63,863 nt of DNA from Cloacimonetes bacterium UBA3900 (GTDB lineage Bacteria; Cloacimonadota; Cloacimonadia; Cloacimonadales; Cloacimonadaceae). The notes below the pieces were generated by a model that did not search any database, had not been told where the DNA came from, and saw only the letters and a list, made by a program, of their open reading frames with translations. Position 1 is the stretch's first letter. Each line of letters begins with the position of its first letter. The stretch lies in the NCBI GenBank assembly GCA_002391675.1, contig DGFM01000038.1, positions 1 through 63,863 on the forward strand, written 5' to 3'. The translations under genes were made by a program, and so were the position numbers. Positions 1 to 10,400 of the stretch are shown in pieces.

Positions 1-236
1 CGTTCTGAAATATTTGACCTGCGCACCAGTTTTGCGAAAACAAATCCGCCCTCTAAAACGTCGATTTCATGCGGCCTCCCTTAGGCCCTCCTATGGGTCT
101 CCTTTGGGATCCACAAGTAACCCAAAGAAAACCCAAGGGTTACGCATTCGAGCGCCGAGGAGATCCTAAGGTGGGGTAAGCCCGGGCCAAAGTCAAAGGT
201 TGCGGCAAGTATCAGTTTATTGAAAACAATTTCCGG
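1..236 (-). repeat. Copy A of a conserved noncoding element, inverted relative to copy B at 20991-21272 and truncated by the window edge
   Basis: The reverse complement of 1-145 matches 21128-21272 almost base for base. Shared blocks include CTTGGGTTTTCTTTGGGTTACTTGTGGATCCCA, AGGAGACCCATAGGAG, CTAAGGGAGGCCGCATGAAATCGACGTTTTA and GGCGGATTTGTTTTCGCAAAAC. Weaker similarity runs to 236 vs 20991. Contains the hairpin GTAACCC-N13-GGGTTAC at 117-143. Confidence 0.8.
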
Positions 237-355
237 CGCTTAAGGGGAGGGCTTTTCCATCGAAAACCGGCAACTGCGAGCTTGTCTTGTTACACCTCCC
301 CATCCCCATTGAACATGAGCCAAATGTATTATTATTCTCTTGACTTTATATTGGC

Positions 356-3337
356 TTGTTAAATAATAGCATTGAAATACAAAAAGTCTTAGGAGCCGCT
401 TTGCAAGACGATCTGATCCTCGATTCGGGCCTTTTCGGATTTGAAGAAGACAACCTGAATCGCAAGCAAAAACATCAGCTTCGCGAAGGAGAACTTCGTG
501 AGGTAACCATCCTTTTTGCCGATATTAAGGGCTTTACAGACCTTTCTCTGCAGCTCGATCCCGAGACCATTCATCTGCGTATGGATGAGCTGATGAAAAT
601 CTTTTCCCGCTGCGTGACCTTTTACGGTGGTTTTGTGGACAAATATATCGGCGATGCGATCATGGCTTTATTTGGCGCCAAACAGGCCAGTGAGCATGAT
701 ACCGAGCGTGCCATCCGGGCGGCTTTGAAGATGATCGAGCAGCTCAAGCGTTACAACCAAAAGCTGAAAGAGATTCCCAAATACCGGGATGTGGAGCTGC
801 GCATCAGGGTGGGGATCAATACCGGCATCGTGAGCGTGGGCAAGGTGGGGCAGAGCCGCGAGGGCGATTTCACAGTTTATGGCCCTGAGGTAAACCTTGC
901 TTCGCGCCTGGAAACCAACGCCCCCACAGGCAGGATAATGCTGAGCCAATACACTAAAGAGTTGGTGGACGATATCTTTGATTTTGAATATCTGGGCGCC
1001 AAGGATCTCAAGGGCATCGCTGAGCCGGTGGAATGCTGGAGTCCGGTGGGCGTAAGTGCATCCCAGTCAAGCCGCTTGAATAGATTTTCCGGCTCGTTTT
1101 TGGGTCGCAATTCCGAGCTGTCGCTACTTGGTGAGGCTTTGAAAGAGATAAGCTCTCAGGGCTGCTTCGGCGAATATATCACTGAGCTTCCACCGCCGAG
1201 ACCGCTGATCTATGGCGTTAGAGCGGATGCGGGTTTGGGCAAGAGCCGTTTGGCCTATGAATTTATCCAAAGACACTCCGCTCGGGCAGAGTTTCTGGAA
1301 GCCGCTTGTAATGGCGTTACGCAGACGCCGCTGCACCTGTTTACGCGCCTGGTGCAAAAGTATTTTAATATCAGTGTCCGTGATGAACCTCAGCTGAGGC
1401 TGGAAAAGCTGCAAACCGGAATAGAGGACTTGCAAAGGAATGTGGATGCACCGCTTGCAGAACGGCTTGGCGATTCCTTTGCCCTGATTGCCCGGCTATT
1501 GGAGATCAGGGTGGAAGATGCACGCCTCAGGCAAGGCGGCAAAGAGCTGCTGCAGCATCTTTTGCTGGCTCTGAACAACACATTGGAAGCCATCATGCAA
1601 AAGTGTGCCAAAAATGGCAAGCCCTTGGTGTTGATATTGGATGACCTGCAATGGCTGGATGACAGCTCCAGAGAGCTTTTGGGGCATTTGGTCAACCGCA
1701 TGAGCCAGAGCAAATTGCCCAGTTTGTGGCTGCTTTTCTACCGTCCCACTTTTGAAGTTCCCGGCTTCCTGGAGCGTATGCGCGGCTGGCACGAACTGGA
1801 GCTCAAACCCTTGGACGAGCAGGACATCACGCAGCTGATGATGCTCTATACCAGGCACTTGGACCTCTCGGAGCGCAGCATGGAAGCGGTGGTAAAGTTG
1901 GCTGCCGGCAACCCCTTCTACTTGGAAGAATGGTGCAACTATGTGAGCACTCTGCCGGAGCAGGAATGGCAAGACCTTCCCGTGCCTTCCAGCTTGAATG
2001 CGCTGATCCAGTCGCGCCTGGACGTCCTGCCCAAAGCACTGAGAATCCTGCTGCAAAAAGCGGCGGTGATCGGACATGAGTTTCTGGTGGAGGTGCTGCG
2101 TGAATTGGAGCGGCTTATGGACGGCTCCACTCAGATTGAAGAGGGCTTGGAGAGCCTGGAAAATCAGGCCCTGATCATCCGGCAGACGGGCTTTGAATTC
2201 AGCGCCTATTTCTTCAAACACATCACCACCCGCGATGTAGCCTATCAAAGTCTCTTGGGCAGCAATCGCAAGCTGTTGCATCAATTGGTGGCGGAGGCGA
2301 TCCGGAATGTGTTCCCGGGCAGATTGGACGAGTTTTCACATCCCTTGGCCATGCATTACATGAAGGCAGGCAAATATGAGGAGGCGCTTCCCTGGCTGCG
2401 CAAAGCGGCTGATGAGGCGCAGAGAGCCTATGACAACTCGCTGGCTTTGAAGCTTTACAAAGAGCTGCTGGACATCCTGCCCGCAGATGCCTGGAAAGAG
2501 CGGGCGGAGGTGCTGCTTAACTGCTTGGAAATCAAGTGGTTGATCGGCGATTGGAAAGACATCGATGAGGCTATGGCGCTTCTGGAAGAGTGGAACGATC
2601 AGGCGCAGGATATTGCGCTAAGATTCCATCAGTTACGCTTCAGTGGCCGGCTGGCGTTTGGGCGCCGGCAAAAGGACATCGCCAAAGAACATTGGGATGA
2701 GGCGGAACGATTGGCCCGTGAAGCAGACGATCCGGAGCTGATCTGCGTGATCGAGAATCTGCTGGGCATCTGGTATTATGATCAGTCTCTTTTGGATGAA
2801 TCGCTCAAGCGGCATCAACACAGCAAGCAGCTGGCGCGCAGTCTGCAAAATCATGCCCAGGAGGCAAAATCTTTCAACAATCTGGGCCTGGTCTATCTAA
2901 AGCAAGAGAAGCTGGATGAGGCGCAAAACGCCTTTTGCCGAAGCATGGAATTGGCCGCCGAACACCGCATCCTCAAAGTGGAATCCGAAGCGATGGGCAA
3001 TCTGGCCTACGTTTTGATCCTCACAGGACAGTATGAGGATGCTATCTTCCACCTGATGCGCCAATTTCAATATGCGCAGCAAATCAACGATAAACTGGAA
3101 AGCATCCGCGCTCTGGGAAATTTGGCTGATGCTTATAAGTATCTGGAAAGATATAGAGATGCGGCGGATTGTTTTGAGCACATCATAAAAATTAAGCAGT
3201 ATTTGGGGGATGAGGATGGTATAAAGGGTACAGGCAAGGCATTGGCAGCAATGCTCAAGCTTGTAGAAAGTACAAAAACAGACCCCACAACAGACCCTAC
3301 AACAGACCCTACAACAGACCCTACTAAGGAGGAATGA
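356..3337 (+). CDS. Class III adenylate/guanylate cyclase domain fused to a STAND/AAA ATPase and C-terminal TPR repeats
   Basis: 993-aa ORF with a TTG start. Cyclase motifs: ILFADIKGFTDLS, IGDAIMALFG, GPEVNLASRLE. P-loop ADAGLGKSRLAYEF and Walker B LVLILDDLQWLDD. TPR-like repeats lie in the last ~350 aa, with a (TDPT)4 tail. Confidence 0.85.
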   Translation: MLNNSIEIQKVLGAALQDDLILDSGLFGFEEDNLNRKQKHQLREGELREVTILFADIKGFTDLSLQLDPETIHLRMDELMKIFSRCVTFYGGFVDKYIGDAIMALFGAKQASEHDTERAIRAALKMIEQLKRYNQKLKEIPKYRDVELRIRVGINTGIVSVGKVGQSREGDFTVYGPEVNLASRLETNAPTGRIMLSQYTKELVDDIFDFEYLGAKDLKGIAEPVECWSPVGVSASQSSRLNRFSGSFLGRNSELSLLGEALKEISSQGCFGEYITELPPPRPLIYGVRADAGLGKSRLAYEFIQRHSARAEFLEAACNGVTQTPLHLFTRLVQKYFNISVRDEPQLRLEKLQTGIEDLQRNVDAPLAERLGDSFALIARLLEIRVEDARLRQGGKELLQHLLLALNNTLEAIMQKCAKNGKPLVLILDDLQWLDDSSRELLGHLVNRMSQSKLPSLWLLFYRPTFEVPGFLERMRGWHELELKPLDEQDITQLMMLYTRHLDLSERSMEAVVKLAAGNPFYLEEWCNYVSTLPEQEWQDLPVPSSLNALIQSRLDVLPKALRILLQKAAVIGHEFLVEVLRELERLMDGSTQIEEGLESLENQALIIRQTGFEFSAYFFKHITTRDVAYQSLLGSNRKLLHQLVAEAIRNVFPGRLDEFSHPLAMHYMKAGKYEEALPWLRKAADEAQRAYDNSLALKLYKELLDILPADAWKERAEVLLNCLEIKWLIGDWKDIDEAMALLEEWNDQAQDIALRFHQLRFSGRLAFGRRQKDIAKEHWDEAERLAREADDPELICVIENLLGIWYYDQSLLDESLKRHQHSKQLARSLQNHAQEAKSFNNLGLVYLKQEKLDEAQNAFCRSMELAAEHRILKVESEAMGNLAYVLILTGQYEDAIFHLMRQFQYAQQINDKLESIRALGNLADAYKYLERYRDAADCFEHIIKIKQYLGDEDGIKGTGKALAAMLKLVESTKTDPTTDPTTDPTTDPTKEE
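3278..3325 (+). repeat. 12-nt tandem repeat x4 (ACAGACCCYACA) encoding (TDPT)4 at the C-terminus of the cyclase protein
   Basis: Read directly: acagaccccaca acagaccctaca acagaccctaca acagaccctact. It is in frame and lies just upstream of the AGGAGG site of the next gene. Confidence 0.9.
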
Positions 3338-4188
3338 TGAAAAAGCTATTTAGTATTCTGTTGATTGCCCTCTTGGCAATCAGTGCACTGCCGGCTCAGA
3401 AGGCGCTGGTCATCAGCAATGGTGGCGTGCTTGAAAAGAGCGCATTGCGTACCATTGAAGGCACGGTTGAAGCCCAAAGCTTGTCACGTGCCCACGAAGA
3501 TGCTGCTCTGATCGACTCCACGCTCGTGGAATTGGGCTGGGAGGTGCAGAGATACAGCAATCTTGATGCTAAGACTTTTAAGAAAAGCATTGGCGAATTT
3601 GCGGCTTCCATCGAAGACGAAGAGCCGGTTCTGATCTTTTTCAGCGGCACCGCGGTGCAAGTCGATGGCAAAAACTATCTGGTTCCCCAAGGCACTTTCA
3701 GGACGCAGAGAAGGTTTGTGGCCTCCGCTCCGGAGTTGAGCTGGATATTGAGTCAGGTATCGAAAGCCAGCGTGAAGATGGTCTTTTTGGATGCCTCGCG
3801 GGCACCCACAAACTTGAGTTTCAAGCCCACAAAGAGTGGCTTGACCGGCCTCCAGAAAATAGCCGGCAATACCCTGTTGATGTACAGTTCGCCCCTGGAT
3901 ACCATCCAGCCGGATCAGGAGGGGGAGCACAACCATCTGCCGCAGGCTCTGGCAAAAGTGATCCAGACGCCCGATCTGCCTCTGCAAACGCTGGGCGATA
4001 AGATAATCACGCAGATGGGCATCCTGCATGGAGGCAAGACGCCGCCCATACCCTACAGAATCTCCACCATCAAGGAGGGCTGGAAGCTCAATCCACCCAA
4101 GGAAGAAGGCGAGATTAAGCGCATCATTTTGAGACCGCCTCCATTATACAGAGGGAATATAGATGGAGGTGTGGCTCCTTCTTTTTAG
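3334..4188 (+). CDS. Secreted caspase-like (Peptidase_C14 fold) protein with both catalytic residues substituted; a probable pseudo-protease
   Basis: ATGA start/stop overlap with the upstream gene, and AGGAGG 5 nt upstream. Signal peptide [23 protein letters not shown]14-like core KALVISNGG...EDAAL...[21 protein letters not shown]...VFLDASRAP, where the canonical motifs would read SGHG and DxCR. Confidence 0.6.
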   Translation: MMKKLFSILLIALLAISALPAQKALVISNGGVLEKSALRTIEGTVEAQSLSRAHEDAALIDSTLVELGWEVQRYSNLDAKTFKKSIGEFAASIEDEEPVLIFFSGTAVQVDGKNYLVPQGTFRTQRRFVASAPELSWILSQVSKASVKMVFLDASRAPTNLSFKPTKSGLTGLQKIAGNTLLMYSSPLDTIQPDQEGEHNHLPQALAKVIQTPDLPLQTLGDKIITQMGILHGGKTPPIPYRISTIKEGWKLNPPKEEGEIKRIILRPPPLYRGNIDGGVAPSF

Positions 4189-4268
4189 AGAGCTATCCAG
4201 ATATTAAGCTTGACATTAAAGCCTCCAATAGGAATTGGTTTTGTAGTAATAAAATCAGAAAAACTGAC

Positions 4269-5522
4269 TTGGAGGAAGTCTTGAACGAAAACTTGAAATA
4301 TGGAACTATCAGCTCCGCCAAAGCTATGGAATTGGAACACGAATACGGAGCTCACAACTACCACCCCCTGCCAGTGGTATTGGCCAAAGGTGAAGGTGTC
4401 TTTGTGTGGGACCCGGAAGGAAACCGTTATTACGATTTTCTTTCTGCCTACTCCGCTGTAAACCAGGGACATTGCCATCCCAAGATCATCAACGCCTTGA
4501 CCGAACAAGCCAAGGTGCTCACCCTCACTTCGCGTGCCTTTTTCAATAACAAACTGGGTGAATATGAAAAGTTTATTACCGAGTTCTTCGGTTACGACAT
4601 GGTTTTGCCCATGAATACCGGGGCAGAAGGCGTGGAAACTGCCATGAAGCTGGCCCGTAGATGGGGCTACGATGTCAAAGGCATCGAGGAAGATAAGGCC
4701 ATCCTGGTATTCTGCGAAGGAAACTTCCACGGCCGCACCATCTCCATCGTCGCTGCATCCACCGATCAGGGTTGCCGCAAAGGTTTTGGCCCTTTCACAC
4801 CCGGAATCGTGACTGTGCCTTACAACGACGCAGACGCCTTGGGCAAATATCTGGATGAACACGGCAAAAACGTGGCCGGTTTCATCGTGGAACCCATCCA
4901 GGGCGAAGCGGGCGTGTATGTGCCGGATGATGGCTACCTGAAAGCCTGCTATGATCACTGCAAAAAGCACAATGTGCTCTTTGTGGCAGACGAGATCCAA
5001 AGCGGTCTGGCCCGTGCCGGCAGAATGCTCGCCGTGGATTATGAAGACGTGCGCCCGGACATCCTGATCTTGGGTAAAGCGCTCTCCGGTGGTGTGTTGC
5101 CCGTCTCTGCAGTGCTGGCAGATAAAGAAATCATGCTCACCATCAAACCCGGCGAACATGGCTCCACCTACGGTGGATTCCCCATGGCTTGCGTCACCGC
5201 CAAAGCCGCTCTGGAAGTGTTGCGTGATGAAAAGCTGGCGGAACGCTCCTATGAACTGGGAATGCATTTCCGCGAGGAAATGAAGAAGATAGACCATCCC
5301 ATGCTTAAGCTGGTGCGCGGTAAAGGCTTGCTCAATGCCATCGTGGTGGAACCCAAAGATGGCCTGGAAGCCTGGGACGTGTGTATCATGCTCAAAGAAA
5401 AGGGCTTGCTCTGCAAACCTACCCACCGTCATATCATCCGTCTGGCACCACCTCTGGTCATCACCAAAGAACAACTCGATGAATGCATCGACATCATCAA
5501 GAGTGTGTTTGCCGAGCTGTAA
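4269..5522 (+). CDS. rocD: Ornithine aminotransferase (ornithine--oxo-acid transaminase)
   Basis: Collinear with RocD-type sequences as recalled: [74 protein letters not shown]. The TTG start is uncertain; an ATG lies at 4327. Confidence 0.9.
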   Translation: MEEVLNENLKYGTISSAKAMELEHEYGAHNYHPLPVVLAKGEGVFVWDPEGNRYYDFLSAYSAVNQGHCHPKIINALTEQAKVLTLTSRAFFNNKLGEYEKFITEFFGYDMVLPMNTGAEGVETAMKLARRWGYDVKGIEEDKAILVFCEGNFHGRTISIVAASTDQGCRKGFGPFTPGIVTVPYNDADALGKYLDEHGKNVAGFIVEPIQGEAGVYVPDDGYLKACYDHCKKHNVLFVADEIQSGLARAGRMLAVDYEDVRPDILILGKALSGGVLPVSAVLADKEIMLTIKPGEHGSTYGGFPMACVTAKAALEVLRDEKLAERSYELGMHFREEMKKIDHPMLKLVRGKGLLNAIVVEPKDGLEAWDVCIMLKEKGLLCKPTHRHIIRLAPPLVITKEQLDECIDIIKSVFAEL

Positions 5523-5535
5523 ACGATAAAAACGT

Positions 5536-5585
5536 GTTACCCATAACCATGAATCCGGTGGAAACGCCGGATTCATCGTGGTAAC
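5536..5585 (+). terminator. Intergenic stem-loop between rocD and era; a possible terminator or attenuator with no U-tract
   Basis: Perfect 10-bp stem ATGAATCCGG-tggaaacg-CCGGATTCAT (5549-5576), extended by an outer GTTACC/GGTAAC pairing (5536-5541 with 5580-5585). Confidence 0.35.
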
Positions 5586-5609
5586 ATGGACTTTTGCCAT
5601 AGGAATCAG

Positions 5610-6491
5610 ATGACAGATACATCCTTTCGCAGCGGCTGGGTAGCGATCGTCGGCAAGCCAAATACGGGGAAATCCACCTTCCTCAACCGCATCTTGGGCG
5701 AAAAGCTCTCCATCACTTCGGCCAAGCCGCAGACCACTCGTTATGCCATCAAAGGCATCCTGAATCGTGAGGATGCGCAGATCATCTTCATAGACACACC
5801 CGGCTTTCTCAAACCACGCTACGAGATGCAGAGCCGGATGTTGGACATCGTGCACGACAGCTTCAAAGACGTGGATCTGGTGCTCTTTATCACAGATGTG
5901 ACAGACTTTCCCACCGATTATGATAACGAGGTCTTGCAGCTGCTCTCCAAAAGCTCGGCGCATCAGATAGCGGTGTTCAACAAGATAGACCTCAAGCCGG
6001 ATGTGGATAGGGAGGCGCTGCTCGCACAGCTGCCTTCCCGGATAGAGGAAAGCCACTTTGTGAGCTGCACCACGGGTGAAAATATGGATGTTTTGATGGA
6101 GAGCATCCTGAGATATATCCCCTTCCATGACCCCTACTATGAGCAAGATCAGCTCTCGGATCTGCCCGTGCGCTTCTTTGCCGCCGAAGTGATACGTGAA
6201 GCCATCTTTCACCTTTATCAACAGGAAGTCCCCTACAGCACCGCCGTGATCATCGAGCGCTTCCATGAATATCCTGATCAGGTGGTGGTTGAGGCCCAGA
6301 TCTGGGTGGACAGGCAAAGTCAGAAGGTGATCGTGATCGGTAGGAAGGGTGCGGGGTTGAAGCGGATACGCGAATATGCCCAGGCGCAATTGAGCGAGTT
6401 TTTGGGCGTTGATGTGCGGGTGCAATTGTGGGTGAAGGTGGTGCCCAATTGGAGGAAAAAGAAGAGTAACCTGAGGGAAATCGGCTTTTAA
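5610..6491 (+). CDS. era: GTPase Era
   Basis: G1 motif VAIVGKPNTGKSTFLN, then TSAKPQTTR, DTPG, NKID and a C-terminal KH-like region. ATG 5610 is preferred over ATG 5586 because 5586 directly abuts the upstream hairpin. Confidence 0.9.
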   Translation: MTDTSFRSGWVAIVGKPNTGKSTFLNRILGEKLSITSAKPQTTRYAIKGILNREDAQIIFIDTPGFLKPRYEMQSRMLDIVHDSFKDVDLVLFITDVTDFPTDYDNEVLQLLSKSSAHQIAVFNKIDLKPDVDREALLAQLPSRIEESHFVSCTTGENMDVLMESILRYIPFHDPYYEQDQLSDLPVRFFAAEVIREAIFHLYQQEVPYSTAVIIERFHEYPDQVVVEAQIWVDRQSQKVIVIGRKGAGLKRIREYAQAQLSEFLGVDVRVQLWVKVVPNWRKKKSNLREIGF

Positions 6492-6706
6492 AAGGCCTTG
6501 AAAGGTGGTCTGTTGCCTCCGCTTGCTGTTTTTTCTGTTGACACAAAAGCGATGGCCTATAAATGTGAAATCTCCATAGTCCCCCATTCTTTTTCATATT
6601 TTCAAATTCTATATTAAGGTGAGATGTTATGCCCAATACCAATGAATCCGACAGCTTTAAAAAGCTGGGGGATGAGAGCAGCAACGCCAAGGGAACCGAG
6701 CTTCTC

Positions 6707-7468
6707 ATGGCAGTGGATATAGGCAACAGCACTGTCGTTGTTGGCCTGTTTGACGGACCGCGTCTGGTCCGCAGGATGCTGTTTGCCAGCCAAAAAGGCG
6801 GCAGCTATCGTGATTATGGCATCCTGTTGCGCCTGGAGCTCGCCCAGATGGCAGATGTAATCATCAGAAACATGGTGATCTGCAGCGTGGTGCCCGAGCT
6901 CACGGGTGAATGGAAGAAATTGGCTTCCGAAGAGTATCAGGCATCTGTGTATGAAGTCAATGCGCTGAGCGACTTGGGGCTCAGTTTCAAGGTTGACGAT
7001 CCCTCTTTCATCGGGCCTGATCTGATTGCTAACGCCTTTGCTGCGTGGAAGATGTTCAATCACCATTGCATCATCATAGACTTGGGCACAGCTACCACCC
7101 TCCAGGTGGTGAGCCGGGAAGGTCGCTTTGAAGGCGGCATTATCGTACCCGGCTTGGAGCTTTCTCTCAAGAGTCTGGGCCAGGGTGCTTCACTGCTGAA
7201 GTCGATAGAGCTCGAGCGGCCCACCGAGCTGATCGGCACCAACACGCGCGAGTCTATCCTCTCGGGTGTGGTAAACGGGCACGTCTATATGTTAAAAGGT
7301 TTTGTCCAGGAGCTGCAGGACGATTATCCCAATGCCAAAGTGCTGCTTACCGGCGGCTTGGCTGCATCCATCAAAGACCTCTTGGATGCGGGCTTTGTCC
7401 ACGATCCCGATCTCACACTCCAAGGTCTGTATTTAGCTTTTCAAGAACTGAAAACAAAAGGTTTATGA
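6707..7468 (+). CDS. coaX: Type III pantothenate kinase
   Basis: Begins MAVDIGNSTVVVGLF, has IIIDLGTATT and GGIIVPG, and has the typical length. The ORF extends upstream to 6629, but that extra N-terminus is not CoaX-like. Confidence 0.8.
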   Translation: MAVDIGNSTVVVGLFDGPRLVRRMLFASQKGGSYRDYGILLRLELAQMADVIIRNMVICSVVPELTGEWKKLASEEYQASVYEVNALSDLGLSFKVDDPSFIGPDLIANAFAAWKMFNHHCIIIDLGTATTLQVVSREGRFEGGIIVPGLELSLKSLGQGASLLKSIELERPTELIGTNTRESILSGVVNGHVYMLKGFVQELQDDYPNAKVLLTGGLAASIKDLLDAGFVHDPDLTLQGLYLAFQELKTKGL

Positions 7469-10400
7469 TCAAAAGGTTTCTGCTCTGCCTGATAGGGCTC
7501 TTCCTCTTGGGAAGCCTGTTTGCCAATGTGTTTCCCCTGCACTTGCATCTGGATGGCTACTATCCCGTCCTAGATAACAAGGTGCTCTTTTACAAGTTTG
7601 ACAAAGGGATAGGCTACATCAAGCAGAGACAGCTTTTGGTGAATAACCTGGCGCCCACCACCAGGGAAAAGATAGATTTTGACAACCGGCAGGTGGTCAT
7701 CTCCACGCTGATAGACGATAAAAAGGTCACGCCCGATCGCGTCATCTCCTTTGATAGCTACTTCGCCTCTTTGCAGCGTAAGGCCTTCCGCAAGAGCTAT
7801 TTTGCCCAGGTGAGGACCAAGCGCCAGCAGACGGTGGTCACCACCAGCGGTTTGATCGGAGAATTCAAGCTGGAGCTGCCTTCCATCGCCATGCCCAAGG
7901 CTGTTAAGAGATTCCTGGGCTCCTCGGCCGGCAGGCTCAATCTGGATGGAACGCAAAAGCTCACCCTCGAGGTAGGCAGCACCAAACGCAAGCTGCAGCC
8001 CATCTATGAAACCAGTTCCAAAAGCCGCTTTGACCTCAAGATGGAACAGGAGACAAACCTGAGGCTCTCGGGAAAGATCGGCGATAAAATAGACGTTAAC
8101 CTCAAATATAACAGCAAGCTGGACGAGCAGTTCTTTGATCCTAACAACGTGAGCATCAAATACACGGGCACGGAGGACGAGCTGGTGCAATCCGTCGAAG
8201 CAGGAAACATCACGCTCTCGCTTTCCGGCTCCCGCTATATCTCATATTCTACCAGCTCTCAAGGCTTGTTTGGAGTTTCATCCAAGCTTAAATATGGTGA
8301 TCTGGACGTGACGCTGATCGCCAGTAAAGAAGAGAGCCAAAAGAATACGCAGAGCTACATCGGTACCAGCCAGGCGGATTCCACCATCTTCGATAGTAAA
8401 CAATATGCCACGCGTACCATGTTCTATCTGGAAAAGCCGCAGGATTTGTATCAGCTCTATGAAGAGGGCGATCCGGATTGCAAGACGGGCTATGCAAACA
8501 ACGCCATCCGCACCGCGCCTGATGGAGCCTGGTTGATCAAGGAGCCCATGTTGCTGCCCGCTCCCGGAACCGTGAAAGTGTATATCGACGACCTCGTGGC
8601 TACCAACAACGTGGGTGCTGCTCCCGGAGAAATCATCCGCATCAACGGGCAAAACTACCAGCTGAACTGGGATGAGCTGATGGAGGGTGCAGATTTTACC
8701 ACCGACTACGATAGCGGCATCATCCAGATAAACCGAAATGTGCTCACCTCGCACATTGTGGGGGTGCGCTATACCACCCGCGGCGGAGTGGATATGCCCA
8801 TCATCACGCCCCAGCAGGCGGAATCAGACACGCTCTACGCCAAAATCATCCGCAATTATAACCAGCAATATGAACCGGATAACCCCAATAGCACCTGGGA
8901 TTATCAGATGCGTAACGTGTATCAGATGACCGGCACAAACATCCGCAACGATGGCTTTGAACTGGAAATCTATACCGAAAATACAGACCGCACGCGCAAC
9001 TTCTTCGTTCCGGACAGCCTCAATGTGGGGCAAAACGTCCGCTATACGGATTACCTGCGCATGGACAGCAACGGCGACTCACGCGTGGATGGCAGCGATG
9101 CCACCGTGAACCTCGTTTCAGGGCACATCATCATTCCCATGCTCTGGCCCTTTGAGCCCCTGGGAGATGGCATCATCTACCGCCTTGAAAACGACAGCTA
9201 CAGCATCAATCCCCTGGATACAGATATCTTCCTCACCGTGAAGGGAAAGATCGGCCGCGATGTGCTGGAGCTCAACCAGGCAAACATCCTCAAAGGCAGC
9301 GTGAGAGTGAAGGTAAACTCGCTGGAGCTCAAGGAAAACCTGGACTACCTTGTGGATTATGATACCGGACGCATCACGTTCCTTACTCCTGCAGGTAAGG
9401 ACCCCGATGCCAAGATTGAGGTGGATTACGAATTCCGGGGTATGTTCGATGTAGCCAGCAAGACCCTCGCCGGCGTGCGTATGGACTGGAATTTTACAGA
9501 TTGGGCCAAGCTGGGCGGCACCTTCATCTACCGCAGTGAAAACGTGGCAGATAAGCGCCCCAGGATCGGCAATGAAAACATAGAAATGATGCTGGCCAAC
9601 ATCGATGGCAATATCACCGTCAGACCCAAGTTTGTCACTCGCTGGATAGATAAATTGCCCCTGATCAGCACCTCGGCGGAGTCTCGCTTCAACCTCTCCG
9701 GCGAAATCGCCTACACCATGCCCAATATCTATGGAGACCCCAAAGGCAAAAAGAACAATATCTACCTGGACGACATGGAATCCATCATGGATTCATATCC
9801 CTTGCCCATCACCATGAGCTCCTGGGTGATGGCCAGCAAGCCGTATGGCTTCAACCTCGCCAAAGGTATTCCCAACTGGTACAACCCCAAAAACGTGCGC
9901 AGGCAGGAGCTGGTGGATGATCCGGAGACACTCACGGAGCGCGAAAAGAACGAGTATGTAACCGTGCTGGCGCTCAAGAATACTCCCACCAAACTGGGCG
10001 TGGGCGGCTCTACACAACAAAGCTGGGCCGGAGTGATGAAGTATCTGGGCAACCAGCTGGACTTTAACCAAAAGAAATACATTGAGCTCCTGGTAAAGGT
10101 GGATGTCAAAACCGATGAGGAAGTCCCAAACCCCATCATGTTTGTAGACTTGGGTGATATCAGCGAAGACTTTTACACCGAAAACGGTGGCCTGGGAGTG
10201 CTCAATACCGAAGACCTCAATGGAGACGGTGTGCTCACTCTGGAAGAGGACATCGGCTTGGACGGACGCAAGCAGGGCACACCCGGAGCAGACCCAAACG
10301 ACATCTGCCCACCCGTACTGCAAAACCATCACAATGAATCCTGGCCGGGTATCAACGGCACGGAAGGAAACAGAGTCCTCGATACCGAAGACCTCAACGG

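Noticed and set aside
356-3337. The cyclase as a Pycsar/CBASS-type anti-phage signalling enzyme
   Set aside because: The domain is a standard class III cyclase fused to a STAND ATPase and TPRs, an architecture widespread in signalling proteins. No cNMP-binding effector or CD-NTase is adjacent, and the flanking genes are housekeeping. It is retained only as the separate pseudo-caspase observation.
4185-6587. An 800-aa ORF on the minus strand spanning rocD and era
   Set aside because: It lies entirely antisense to two genes with unmistakable conserved motifs. Its own sequence is low-complexity (H/G/F/V-rich) with no recognisable domain. This is a typical shadow ORF in GC-rich coding DNA.
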